The translations under genes were made by a program, and so were the position numbers. DNA of 64,000 bases from contig CAXXLK010000004.1 in NCBI GenBank assembly GCA_963667755.2, forward strand, positions 839,739 through 903,738, in the 5' to 3' direction. This document shows positions 39,108-49,162 of the stretch, one piece after another. Source of the stretch: Desulfobacterales bacterium. Lineage in GTDB: Bacteria; Desulfobacterota; Desulfobacteria; Desulfobacterales; 4572-123. How positions within the stretch are numbered: position 1 is the stretch's first letter; each line of letters starts with the position of its first letter. The notes under the pieces are model-generated. The model did not search any database and was not told the origin of the DNA. It saw only the letters and a program-made list of their open reading frames with translations.

Positions 39108-40223
39108 TTAGACTAAATAATTACGGAAAACACTTAGCCCTTTTTCGATATTTTTTCGTCCAAACCCAATACGAAACCGGTCCTGTGGCGTTTTTATCAA
39201 CTCGGAATGATAAATTTTAGGCGGCAGAAGCAAGATACCGGTTTTAGCCACCAAATCCTCACAGAACCGATTGGTATTTTCAGCACCTTTGTATCGTGGA
39301 TATCCTACACATCCGCCATCGGGTCGCTGCCACTCGAACAGTTCAGGAAACTCGCTGAAAAAAAGCCCTAATCTTTCGGCGTTATGGTTGACTAAAGATC
39401 GATTCCGTTCCAGGATTCGATCCCTGGCTCTAAGGGCAATGATGGCCAATCGTTCACTGGGCGCAGCGTTACAGATTGAAAGATAATGTTTATACCGTTC
39501 CATCTTCTGCAAAAGGTTGGTATCCTTGGTCATGATCCAGCCAATTCTAAGGCCTGAAAGACCATAGGCTTTGGACATCACATTAAGGGACAATCCTTTC
39601 TCGTAGACATCGGCCACCTGGGGGAGTCGAATCGACGCGTCACGTTCAACCAGTCGATACACTTCATCACTGAACAGATAAATGCCTCTTTCCCGGCACA
39701 GTGTAATCAGATCCTGAAAACGGCTTTTACCCAAAACGGCGCCCGTTGGATTGTTCGGAAAATTAATTGATACGAGCTTTGTCTTGGGCCTGATCTGACG
39801 TTTCACCTGGTCAATATCCAGGGCCCAGTTGTCATCTGCATCCAGGGGAATCCCTGACACGGCACAAATGTCAAGGGGAATCGTTTCCGCTGCCTGATAG
39901 TTGGGCACAACGACAATGGCGTGGTCTTCCTTGCTGAGCAGTACACGCATGGCAATATAAACCCCTTCTTCGGCACCGGCAAAACATAAGATATTGGATG
40001 CGCTTGCGGTATCATAGGTTCTGGCAATTTCTTCCCTGAGCTCCGGATGGCCATAGGTTTCCGTATATCCCAACCATTGCTTTTCAAATGCCGTTCGATC
40101 TTCCGGCGACGCCATGGATAAAAGCTCAGATAAGGGCATGCTTTCAATGTCGGATGCCGTCATGTGATATTTTGCCGTAAATTCCCATTTAGAAAAATAC
40201 CGTTCCAGTGCAAAGTCACGCAT
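39108..40223 (-). CDS. PLP-dependent class I/II aminotransferase
   Basis: FALERYF, NFPNNPTG, FSDEVY, MSKAYGLSGLRIGW; ATG 40223 after gagagg. Confidence 0.9.
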   Translation of the reverse strand: MRDFALERYFSKWEFTAKYHMTASDIESMPLSELLSMASPEDRTAFEKQWLGYTETYGHPELREEIARTYDTASASNILCFAGAEEGVYIAMRVLLSKEDHAIVVVPNYQAAETIPLDICAVSGIPLDADDNWALDIDQVKRQIRPKTKLVSINFPNNPTGAVLGKSRFQDLITLCRERGIYLFSDEVYRLVERDASIRLPQVADVYEKGLSLNVMSKAYGLSGLRIGWIMTKDTNLLQKMERYKHYLSICNAAPSERLAIIALRARDRILERNRSLVNHNAERLGLFFSEFPELFEWQRPDGGCVGYPRYKGAENTNRFCEDLVAKTGILLLPPKIYHSELIKTPQDRFRIGFGRKNIEKGLSVFRNYLV

Positions 40224-40417
40224 GTTCAATTCCTCTCGTCTGTTTTTTTCAGCCTTTCAAATCGTGGGCCGGCATGTTATCCTTAAAGATCGGCAATTGC
40301 CATACATTCTGGTGATTTCTCCATTGCTGCCGCCGTAAACTCGTTTTACAACACCATTATAGTTCCACCGCTTTTTGTAAAACAATTACTTTTCAACTAT
40401 TTCTGGTTAAGGGTATT

Positions 40418-41011
40418 ATGAAAATCATCAATGCCACCATCGTCACCAAACTAAAATTCGTGACCCTTTTTGCCGTCAACTACCTGGATCGAAAAGGCAC
40501 CCTCAAAAACTGGCACATGGTCAGCCGGGAAGAGCAACCCAAATGCATCACCCAGGATAACCAGCGCCCTGACGCAGCCATCATTGTCCCCTATCACGCC
40601 CGGGAAGACAAACTGGTGGTGATCCGGGAGTACCGGATCCCCGTGGGCGACTACATGTACGGATTCCCCGCCGGGCTTCTGGACCCGGGCGAAGATCTGG
40701 CTGTGGCCGCTGGCAGAGAGCTCCATGAAGAGACCGGTCTGGACCTGGTCACCGTCTACCGACACAGTCCCGCCATATACTCTTCTGCGGGTATCACCGA
40801 CGAGGCCATCGCCATGGTCTTTGCCGAGGTGACCGGTACGCCCAGCATCCGGGGCAACCAGGATTCGGAAGATATTGAGATTTTTCTGATGAATAGAAAA
40901 GAGGTAGGACAGCTTCTCAGCCGCGACGATATCGTCTTCGGCGCCCGGGCCTGGCTGGCCATGGATGCCTACGTCCGTATGGGAAAAGCGTACCTGACAG
41001 GGGGCGGATAA
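40418..41011 (+). CDS. NUDIX hydrolase (ADP-ribose pyrophosphatase-like)
   Basis: PAGLLDPGE....AAGRELHEETG Nudix box. Confidence 0.9.
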   Translation: MKIINATIVTKLKFVTLFAVNYLDRKGTLKNWHMVSREEQPKCITQDNQRPDAAIIVPYHAREDKLVVIREYRIPVGDYMYGFPAGLLDPGEDLAVAAGRELHEETGLDLVTVYRHSPAIYSSAGITDEAIAMVFAEVTGTPSIRGNQDSEDIEIFLMNRKEVGQLLSRDDIVFGARAWLAMDAYVRMGKAYLTGGG

Positions 41012-41184
41012 CGACTCATGACAGGGTTTTATGCCGCAGCGACCCATTTAAAACAACAAGGGCCTTTTAAACTTCTATCGAATCAACAAATTCGGCAGTA
41101 ATTAAAAGTATAGTAATATGAGGCGTATTTTTCAAAAGCTTAAAAACAAAACGGGGTTTGATCATTGATCATACCCCGTATCAA

Positions 41185-41211
41185 TTTAAACTGACGGAGA
41201 GACAGGGATTC
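41185..41211 (-). repeat. att-like copy of the tRNA-Ser(GCT) 3' end
   Basis: tttaaactgacggagagacagggattc versus tttaaaatggcggagagacagggattc (42332-42358): 25/27 identical, 17-bp perfect core. Confidence 0.8.
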
Positions 41212-41324
41212 AGACCGGGCGAGTTGAATTACCGTGGGTCAGTACAATGGGATCTGTTTGAATTTACAGGCATAGATTCCCACGACCATAAGGCCGAATA
41301 AATCGCCGAGGATTTTAGCCACCA

Positions 41325-41600
41325 TCAGTTGTCCACTCGCTCCCTCAATTCTTTCCCACATTTAAAATAGGGCAATTTCTTCGGCACCACCGCAACCGTC
41401 TCCCCGGTCTTTGGATTCCTGCCGGTATACCCTTCATACGCCTTTACATAGAAAGAGCACAATCCCCGGATTTCAACCCGGTCACCCTTTTCGAGTGCAC
41501 TGGCCATCTGATCGAAAAACAGGTTTACAATCTTTGATGCTTCAATTTTGGAAATATTGGTGGTGGTGCTGAGGGTCTTGATGAGGTCAATTTTGTGCAT
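41325..41600 (-). CDS. IHF beta/HU family DNA-binding protein
   Basis: RVEIRGLCSF, GRNPKTGE, PYFKCGKELRERVD. Confidence 0.92.
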   Translation of the reverse strand: MHKIDLIKTLSTTTNISKIEASKIVNLFFDQMASALEKGDRVEIRGLCSFYVKAYEGYTGRNPKTGETVAVVPKKLPYFKCGKELRERVDN

Positions 41601-41739
41601 GTGATCCCTTTCTTTGGGCGTTGTTCGTTTTTGTTGGGTCTAAACTGGTGTCCTAAAAAATATTTATAATTTTACACCACTGTGACCGCATCTGTCAAAC
41701 CCATGTGGTAATCTGCAAAAAACAAAGGAGGTCACCTAA

Positions 41740-41928
41740 ATGAGAACACAAGAAATATACACAGAATACCACGACCATTTTGAATATTTCGGAAACACGG
41801 AGATTAAACGGATTCGCAAAAAAGGTGAAAAAACAATACGGCATGACTGGATAATCTTTGACACCGTTGATGAGGCGATGGCGTTTTTCAATGACCCGTG
41901 TGGAGAGATTGCGGGGTATTATGCTTGA
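41740..41928 (+). CDS. Small hypothetical protein (62 aa)
   Basis: Strong RBS aaggagg with ATG start and protein-like composition; no family recognised. Confidence 0.65.
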   Translation: MRTQEIYTEYHDHFEYFGNTEIKRIRKKGEKTIRHDWIIFDTVDEAMAFFNDPCGEIAGYYA

Positions 41929-41950
41929 TTCCTGACGCCTGTAGCGGGAT

Positions 41951-42169
41951 TTACCTTCCGATTCGACCAACAGCTAAAACTTCGCGAAGGGTCTTTGCTG
42001 TTTCCGTCATAATGATCGGTTTCATGACATAGGCAGCTATTCCCAATTGTTTTTCCCTCTCTTCATCGATCAGAACACCGTGACCGGTGCAGATGATAAC
42101 AGGGATATCGGGACGGATGCCCCTTATCTTTTCAGACAGGTTAACACCGGTCATCTGCGGCATCGTCAT
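41951..42169 (-). pseudogene. Truncated response-regulator receiver domain
   Basis: (D)MTMPQMTG...IPVIICTG...YVMKP is only the C-terminal half of a REC domain. Confidence 0.75.
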
Positions 42170-42338
42170 ATCATGAGCCTCCTTCTTTTTGATCAAAATA
42201 AGCTCATTTTACACCTTAAGCAACTGTCCAGTTTTTGGGGAGTATTATATTTTTCAATCGCATTGTACTGATTTCCAAAAACGACCAAACAAAAAGGCCA
42301 ATCCAAGAAAGCTTGAATTGGCCTTAATCCTTTTAAAA

Positions 42339-42431
42339 TGGCGGAGAGACAGGGATTCGAACCCTGGGTGGAACTTTCGCCCCACACTCGCTTAGCAGGC
42401 GAGCGCCTTCAGCCGACTCGGCCATCTCTCC
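42339..42431 (-). tRNA. tRNA-Ser(GCT)
   Basis: GGAGAGATGGCCGAGTCGGCTGAAGGCGCTCGCCT-GCT-AAGCGAG...GGTTCGAATCCCTGTCTCTCCGCCA with long variable arm. Confidence 0.96.
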
Positions 42432-42443
42432 GTATATAGTCTG

Positions 42444-42531
42444 TGGCGGAGGGAGTAGGATTCGAACCCACGGAGCTGTGACACTCAACGGTTTTCAAGA
42501 CCGCCGCTTTCGACCACTCAGCCATCCCTCC
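42444..42531 (-). tRNA. tRNA-Ser(TGA)
   Basis: GGAGGGATGGCTGAGTGGTCGAAAGCGGCGGTCT-TGA-AAACCG...GGTTCGAATCCTACTCCCTCCGCCA. Confidence 0.96.
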
Positions 42532-42666
42532 ACATGGAAAAACAGACTGTTACCATTTAGTAAAATTCAGGTCAATCATTTTTATTGTGAAAACGGCAAA
42601 TTTCTTAAGTTACCGCCCTTTTTCACAACCCTGCGAATGGGCTCCGGCTAAACACCGGACTGACGG

Positions 42667-43245
42667 TTAAAAGGTTACCTTGGGGACGGATTTTTCCGCC
42701 TCGGGTATCTCATAATAATCGGCCTTTGAGACATTGGCAAATGCGGCATAGAATCGACCCATAAAGGTCCGAATATAGGTGTTCAGGAGCTGAACCGACT
42801 CATTATAGCGTTTTCTTTCCACGGCGATTCTGTTTTCCGTTCCCTCCAGGCTGTCCTGAAGCTTTAAAAAAGACTCATTGGCCTTGAGGACCGGGTATGT
42901 TTCCTTGAGCAGCAGCAACCGTGAGAGGGCCCCTTCAAGCTGGTTGGCGGCCGCCACCTTGCCCTTTACATCTTTGGCCTGAAAATACTGGGTCCTGGCC
43001 TGGGCGATATTTTCAAACAACTCCTTTTCGTGTTTGGCGTATCCTTTTACCGTTTCCACCAGGTTGGGAATCAGGTCGTATCGTCTCTTCAACTGGTTTT
43101 CAACCTGTGCCCACTGCCCCTTGACGTTTTCATCCATGGCCACAACATGGTTGTAACCGGCGATGATCTTGCCGAACATCATAAGGCCGGCAATTAAAAT
43201 AACGCCCAGTACGATCAGTATCACTTTAAGCGATTTTGACATCAT
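42667..43245 (-). CDS. lemA: LemA family protein
   Basis: N-terminal TM, WAQVENQLKRRYDLIPNLVETVKGYA, GTENRIAVER. Confidence 0.95.
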   Translation of the reverse strand: MMSKSLKVILIVLGVILIAGLMMFGKIIAGYNHVVAMDENVKGQWAQVENQLKRRYDLIPNLVETVKGYAKHEKELFENIAQARTQYFQAKDVKGKVAAANQLEGALSRLLLLKETYPVLKANESFLKLQDSLEGTENRIAVERKRYNESVQLLNTYIRTFMGRFYAAFANVSKADYYEIPEAEKSVPKVTF

Positions 43246-43384
43246 TATCCTCCCAAAATTTTAATCTGCCCGGATCAATCGTTGTCAGGGCAACGGTTTT
43301 TTTAATTCACGTAATTCTCAATTTTATGTTCATATACACTTGACGCGATACCGCCCCAGTTAAAACAGCGAGGAACCATTTTAA

Positions 43385-44170
43385 TTACCATCCCCCGGAC
43401 GCACCGCCACCCCCGAATCCGCCGCCGCCACCGCCACCGAAACCACCACCACCCCCGAATCCGCCGCCGCCTCCCCATGACCCCCTTCGGCCACCGAGCA
43501 TTGACGTTAAAAAAAACATCATGAACAGTCTTGGGTTTTTAATAAACAGAAATGCGAGGATGATCAGTATGATAATACCGAAAACGGAACTAAAGGGCCC
43601 CCCGGATTTTCCCGGGGAAGTCTGCCTTGCATCAAAATTTACCGTTGGCATACCGGTGATGGTAACCCCGGCATCTTCGGCAATCTTGTTTGCCATGACA
43701 AGGGCCGTGGCAAAAATCCCCTCGGCATAGGCGCCTTTTTTAAAATAGGGGACCAGCACCTGGCGTCCCAGACTACCGGCCAGACTGTCGGGCAGCACAC
43801 CTTCAAGGCCGTAGCCGACCTCGATTCTGTATTTTCGATCTTTGGCCGATATTAAAAACAGCACGCCGTTGTCTTTTCCCCTTTGACCGAGCCGCCATTT
43901 ATCATGGGCGATTTTCAGGGAAAAATCCTCGATGGATTCACCATCGAGACTTGTGATGGTCAGAACAACCAATTGGGCCGTTGTCTTTTGCTCCAGTTCC
44001 CGAAGGTATTGGTTCAGCTTGTTTTCGGTGGCGTTGTCCACCAGACCGGCCAAGTCTACAACATAGTTGGACGGCTTGTCAGGAATGTCAACGGCCATAC
44101 CCGTTGATGTCACCAGAAGGCATAAAAGCAGAACTGAAGCAAAAACCGCGTTTTTACGGATGAATCTCAT
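43385..44170 (-). CDS. TPM domain (YgcG-like) protein
   Basis: DNGVLFLI, RIEVGYGLEGVLPD, Gly-rich tail GGGASGGW. Confidence 0.93.
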   Translation of the reverse strand: MRFIRKNAVFASVLLLCLLVTSTGMAVDIPDKPSNYVVDLAGLVDNATENKLNQYLRELEQKTTAQLVVLTITSLDGESIEDFSLKIAHDKWRLGQRGKDNGVLFLISAKDRKYRIEVGYGLEGVLPDSLAGSLGRQVLVPYFKKGAYAEGIFATALVMANKIAEDAGVTITGMPTVNFDARQTSPGKSGGPFSSVFGIIILIILAFLFIKNPRLFMMFFLTSMLGGRRGSWGGGGGFGGGGGFGGGGGGGFGGGGASGGW

Positions 44171-44891
44171 CTGTCATCTCTCCCAGTTTCTCAATTGCCA
44201 TATAACAGTTTTTAAAAATCGTATTCAGCTGTTCTATGGTCGGTTTTGCTTTCTGCCTTTTCTGCTTTCCGATGGTCCGGAATATATTAACGTCTATTCC
44301 CGAAGCCGCCTCAAGAGCTGCCAGCACATCCTCGTTTTGAACGGGCACCGGTTTGCCGAGAACCAGCAGGATGCCCCGAAAGAGCGGCATAAATCCCGAA
44401 AAAGACGCCGCAAACATGTTCGAAAGCAGCCTGCGGTCTCCCATGGATGCGATATACCCCTGCCGGAGACCGATTAACCTGACTTTCAGTTCTCTTTCAC
44501 ACTGGAGCCGGAGGTGAGGTATATCGATTTCAAGATCGCAAAACAGATCGTCGCCAAGGACTGTTTTATGCAGTAGTTGTATATTCATAAATTCAAGGGG
44601 AAAAACATCCAGCGACTGATCGATGTAGGCCCGGGTCATGATCAATGGTGCAGCCACTTTTTTTTTGCGGTATTTTTTTCCCAGCGGCGCCAGCAGTTCA
44701 AGAAATTTCAAATCCATTTGGTTCAGGACAAAAACAGAGTTGATATCTGATTTATCAGGATCAAAATCGTCGGTCAGTGAACTCCCGGTAATGGTCACCG
44801 AGTGAATATTATCCGGACAGCAGCTGATGATCTCATCCTGAAAGGGTTGAAACTTTTCAGCAGCGGCAGGGTGTAATGTTGGGTCCGTCAT
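44154..44891 (-). CDS. Nucleotidyltransferase-fold protein of the lemA/TPM cluster
   Basis: TGS...SDIN motif, DVFPLEF, LRLQCERELK. Confidence 0.75.
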   Translation of the reverse strand: MTDPTLHPAAAEKFQPFQDEIISCCPDNIHSVTITGSSLTDDFDPDKSDINSVFVLNQMDLKFLELLAPLGKKYRKKKVAAPLIMTRAYIDQSLDVFPLEFMNIQLLHKTVLGDDLFCDLEIDIPHLRLQCERELKVRLIGLRQGYIASMGDRRLLSNMFAASFSGFMPLFRGILLVLGKPVPVQNEDVLAALEAASGIDVNIFRTIGKQKRQKAKPTIEQLNTIFKNCYMAIEKLGEMTDEIHP

Positions 44892-45003
44892 TAAAATCTC
44901 CTTGGTTGGGTGCGGCTTGATAGTGAATGGTCAATATCCAATGATAAGCAGGAATACCTGTGAAAGCAAGGCCTGTAATGAGACTGGTTATCGGTTGACG
45001 GTT

Positions 45004-45833
45004 TCCGGGTAAAGGCACCGGTTACCCGGCGCCCTCCCCACAGATCCGTACGTGAAGATTTCCCTCATACGGTTCCTCGGTTCAGATCCTTTTTACCGGA
45101 TCGTCAACCTGACAGGCGACACCCCGTCAGGCGTATAACTCTGCTCCCCATATCGCAGTTTACAGGGATTCCGGTGACATGATTTGTGGCCTCGGTGTGC
45201 CTCTCATCTTTCCTTCCTGTAAAACGTTATACCCTGCTTCACCTTCCCTACAGTGGGTCGCTTTGGGTGCCACTTCCCCACCTTACCGTCTCGTGTTTAT
45301 ACCCCGAGACATCGGTACTATGATCCGCTAAGACTTCCGAATGTCCATCCCGGGATTGTTCGCTTTTGGCTATCCGCACCCGGTACCTATGTCGTATTCA
45401 TAGGAAACATTCGGACCTCCCGAGTTCCCGAGTCACCCCCATGAGAGCATGCCCTGGTCTCAGACCCCGGTGGTGTCCTGCATACTTGCCATAGCGCATA
45501 CAGGACTGCTGCCTTCCATGTTTTGCACCACGTCGGCTTTCCCCTGTCTCCAGGTTTATCCAATGACCACGACTATACATTTTTCGGGGCTCAATACAGA
45601 GCCTGCACCCTTGATCCATCCGGCTCCAGACTCCCGTCTCCGGGTTTACCTGCGGATTTCACTACTGACCCGCTGGATCGGCTTTGGTCAGGTGGGACTT
45701 TCTTAACCTCAACGCCAGGGCAAGCCCTGCAAGAAGGAAGACGGTTTTACGGCCGCCCGATCACCCACTGGGTAACATTATCGAATTTCAAAGATCTCTC
45801 TTATTCCGACGATTCGGATTTAGCTCGGCGCGA
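45004..45833 (-). mobile_element. ORF-less group II intron (about 830 nt; ends accurate to a few nt)
   Basis: Minus strand DV GAACCGTATGAGGGAAATCTTCACGTACGGATC; DVI GGGGAGGGCGCCGGGTAACCGGTGCCTTTACCCGG; DI motifs GAAAGTCC, TGAGCCCCGAAA, GCCGAC..GGAAGGCAGCA; GGAAGTCTTAGCGGATCATAGTACC at DII/III; no RT ORF. Confidence 0.88.
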
Positions 45834-45896
45834 ACAAAACAAAGGTATGGGGGTATAGACAAACTGTAAGCCGTAAGCCGATAACCGTGACCTGTA

Positions 45897-47456
45897 TCAC
45901 CGCGGATAGCCCGTAATTTCCCGGATGCGGTCGTAAAAGGGTTTCAACCGGCCATACATTTTTTTATATACGTCGTTGAAAAGGGCGTCATAAAGTCTGT
46001 GATTTTTATGATCGGGTTCAAAGACATCCCCCATGTGGGTCATGGCGTGAACTGCCGTTTCAAAGTCAGGATGCAGCCCGAGTCCCACGGCGCCGTCGAT
46101 GGCGGCCCCCAGCCCGGAGGTTTCGTACAGATGGGGACGGGCCGTGGGCAGTCCGAAAATATCGGCGGTGATCTGCATGGCACTGTCGCTCTGGGACCCG
46201 CCGCCGGATACCCGCAGTTCGGTGATGGTTGTTTTGGCCCTTTTCTCGATCCGTTCCTTGCCTTCCCGCAGGGCATAGGCCAGCCCTTCCATAATGGCGC
46301 GGTACATATGGGCCCGGGTATGGACGTCACCAAACCCGATAATGGCGCCCTTGGCCTCGGGCCCCGGCAGCTTGAGACCCGGGGTCCAGTAGGGTTGCAG
46401 CATCAATCCCATGGCACCGGGGGGCACATCCTCCACCAGGCGGTCGAACAGTTTTTCCACTTCGATACCGGCTTTGGCTGCCTTTGCCACCTCGACCTGG
46501 CCGAATTCATCCTTGAACCAGCTGACCATCCAGTACCCCCTGAATATCTGCACCTCAAGGGTGTGGTATCCGGGCAGGGCCGACGGATAAGGAGGCAGCA
46601 GGGGGATGGCTTCCACATATTTTTTAAACGTGACGTTGATGGTGGCGGTGGTGCCGTAACTAATGCAACCTGTTGAAGGCGACAAACTGCCGCACCCGAG
46701 CACCTCACAGGCCTTATCCGCCGCAGCGGCGATGAGCACCAGGCCTTTTGGAATACCGGTGGCCCGGGCCGCCGCACTTGAAATCTCACCCAGACCCTGA
46801 CCCGGCGGCAAAAGCCTTGGCAGCAACCTGCGATCCATGGGCAGGGCCTTCCACTTCCAGTCCCAGTTCCGGGCCCAGTCAAGCCGCCGGTAATCAAAGG
46901 GCAGATAGCCCACCGTACAGCCCAGGGAATCCGTAAAAACACCGGTGAGGCGATGGGTGAGATATGCCGAAAGCAGCAGATATTTATCGGTTTTTTTCCA
47001 TATCTCGGGCTGAAAGGTCCTGATCCAGTTGATTTCCGCTTCCTGCTGGAGATACTCAATGGTGCTGCCGAGGCGGGCAACCTTGAAAAGGGCCCCCCAC
47101 AATCCGCCCAGGGGGGGCTGGCCATAGGTTTTTCGCTGATCAAGCCATAAAATAGCCGGGCGCAGGGGCTGGCCGTGGCGATCCAGGTTGATCATCGTGC
47201 CCCGCTGGGTGGTCAGGGCAACGCCGGCAAGGCGTTCTTTCATACCGGGGTCTTGCCGCCACAATCCCTGGCAGGCCTCACAAAGGGCCTTCCAGAAAAC
47301 ATCCGGGTCCTGTTCGGCCCAGCCCGGGTGCTCTGAAAAATAGGGTGTAAAGGTGACCTGCTGCCGGGCAAAAAGCTGCCCTTCAAGATCAAAAACCAGG
47401 GCTTTGATGCTCTGGGTACCGTTGTCTATGGCCAGAATAAGATCTTTTCCGCTCAT
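45897..47456 (-). CDS. FGGY-family carbohydrate kinase
   Basis: [36 protein letters not shown]. Confidence 0.92.
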   Translation of the reverse strand: MSGKDLILAIDNGTQSIKALVFDLEGQLFARQQVTFTPYFSEHPGWAEQDPDVFWKALCEACQGLWRQDPGMKERLAGVALTTQRGTMINLDRHGQPLRPAILWLDQRKTYGQPPLGGLWGALFKVARLGSTIEYLQQEAEINWIRTFQPEIWKKTDKYLLLSAYLTHRLTGVFTDSLGCTVGYLPFDYRRLDWARNWDWKWKALPMDRRLLPRLLPPGQGLGEISSAAARATGIPKGLVLIAAAADKACEVLGCGSLSPSTGCISYGTTATINVTFKKYVEAIPLLPPYPSALPGYHTLEVQIFRGYWMVSWFKDEFGQVEVAKAAKAGIEVEKLFDRLVEDVPPGAMGLMLQPYWTPGLKLPGPEAKGAIIGFGDVHTRAHMYRAIMEGLAYALREGKERIEKRAKTTITELRVSGGGSQSDSAMQITADIFGLPTARPHLYETSGLGAAIDGAVGLGLHPDFETAVHAMTHMGDVFEPDHKNHRLYDALFNDVYKKMYGRLKPFYDRIREITGYPR

Positions 47457-49162
47457 GGCACCTTTCCTATTGAATCAAGCCCCAATGTGCCGCCGGGGTT
47501 CATGATATTGTCCGGATCGAAATGATGTTTAAGGGCCTTGAGGATATCCATCTGGGTTTCACCCAGGTGCCGGGCCATCCAGGGGGCGATCATTTTACCG
47601 ATGCCGTGGTGGTGGCTCAAGGATCCGCCGGCACCCTGGATCTGGTCGATGATCCCCTTTTGAAATTCACGGTATTGCTGGATATCGTTCATCTTCGCAA
47701 TAAAAATAAAATAAAGATTGGTGCCCTGGGGATAAAAATGGGAAGCATGGGTCATACAGACAGTGTCCGGCCGACCTTTAATAAACCCACGCACCTTCCG
47801 GTGCAGGTGATGAAAATTATCCCAGGTGACGCCGGATTCCAGGGTGTCGATGAGGATACCGTAATCATTCAAATCTTCGCGCATGTAGGGGTCCAGATAG
47901 CGCCCCTTTTCCCAGTTTTTTACCGGATAACCGGTAAGAGACATGCCTTTGTACCGGCGGCAGATTTTTTTGACGTTTCTTTTGACGTTGGCGGCAAATG
48001 CCTTTTCCCCTTCCGCCCTGCCGATGAAAAGGCACCGCTGCATGGGCCTGAATCCGCGCCAGCGCATCACCGTGTCGATGATGGTGCCTTCGATGCCGTA
48101 TAGCTTCAGGGCCACATCGGTTTCTTCGGGATCGGAAATCCGGAACACCGACGGCATGCCAAAACGACCCTGACAGATCTCCCGGGCCGCCGTCACTGTT
48201 TTTTCCCAGTCGGGGAACACAAAGGCAAACTGTTGACGGTTTTCCGGCATATACCGGAAAATTTTGAGCGTGGCACCCACCATTACCCCAAAGGCCCCTT
48301 CACTGCCTTTCATGATATCATTTATCCGTGGACCGGTTGCCGTGCCGGGGAATTCCAGGGTTTTGAACGAGCCGGCCGGGGTAACATATTCCTGGCTCAG
48401 GACGATATCGTACATGTCGCCGTAACAGGAGGACTCCTGACCCGATCCCAGCGCCGAAATCCAACCGCCCACAGTGGAATATTCAAAAGACTGGGGAAAA
48501 TGACCGCCGGTATAGGCCGTGGCGGCATTGAATTTTTCCACGGCCTGATTGAGCATTTTTTCATACGCCGGCCCCATGATACCCGGTTCCACGGTAATGG
48601 TCTGATTTTTTTCGCTAAAGGCCAGGACCCGGTGCATATGGGTGCTCATCACCAGGGTCACCCCGCCCTTTGTATTCCTGAATCCGAAAGTGACCGAACT
48701 GCCGCCCCCAAAGACATACAGCGGCAGTTTTTCGGCCCTGCAAAGCGCAACAACCCCCTGGACATCTTCCCGGGTGCGGGGATGCACCACCACATCGGCC
48801 GGCGCATCGTTGATGCCCTGTCTCAGGCAAAGAAGTTCTTCCATGGTTTTGCCGCTGGCGTATTTCACCCGGGCATAATCATCGATCATCACATTTTCAG
48901 AACCGACGATGGCGACAAGTGCCGCGACTTGTTCTCGGGTCATGCCCATGGGCCGCACATTTCCCACCGGCATATTACCCGTGTGGCATTTTGTTGCAAA
49001 ATCCGCATCGGTGAGCAGGAGCCGGTCTTTTAAGAGTTGGTAGAGTCTCTGGTTGGGATGTTTGAACCCGGCCGGTGCCCCCCATTTAAAAATGCTGCGA
49101 TAACTGCCGGCCAATGGCGGATCACCGATCCAGTGGGGTTTAAAATTATCGTTTTTTGGCAT
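47453..49162 (-). CDS. FAD-linked oxidase, alkyl-DHAP synthase (AGPS)-like
   Basis: [43 protein letters not shown]. Confidence 0.85.
   Translation of the reverse strand: MPKNDNFKPHWIGDPPLAGSYRSIFKWGAPAGFKHPNQRLYQLLKDRLLLTDADFATKCHTGNMPVGNVRPMGMTREQVAALVAIVGSENVMIDDYARVKYASGKTMEELLCLRQGINDAPADVVVHPRTREDVQGVVALCRAEKLPLYVFGGGSSVTFGFRNTKGGVTLVMSTHMHRVLAFSEKNQTITVEPGIMGPAYEKMLNQAVEKFNAATAYTGGHFPQSFEYSTVGGWISALGSGQESSCYGDMYDIVLSQEYVTPAGSFKTLEFPGTATGPRINDIMKGSEGAFGVMVGATLKIFRYMPENRQQFAFVFPDWEKTVTAAREICQGRFGMPSVFRISDPEETDVALKLYGIEGTIIDTVMRWRGFRPMQRCLFIGRAEGEKAFAANVKRNVKKICRRYKGMSLTGYPVKNWEKGRYLDPYMREDLNDYGILIDTLESGVTWDNFHHLHRKVRGFIKGRPDTVCMTHASHFYPQGTNLYFIFIAKMNDIQQYREFQKGIIDQIQGAGGSLSHHHGIGKMIAPWMARHLGETQMDILKALKHHFDPDNIMNPGGTLGLDSIGKVP

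Noticed and set aside
43385-43480. GC-rich tandem repeats
   Set aside because: They encode the normal Gly-rich tail of TPM proteins
45253-45869. Short ORFs inside the intron
   Set aside because: No RT or maturase motifs; incidental frames in structured RNA
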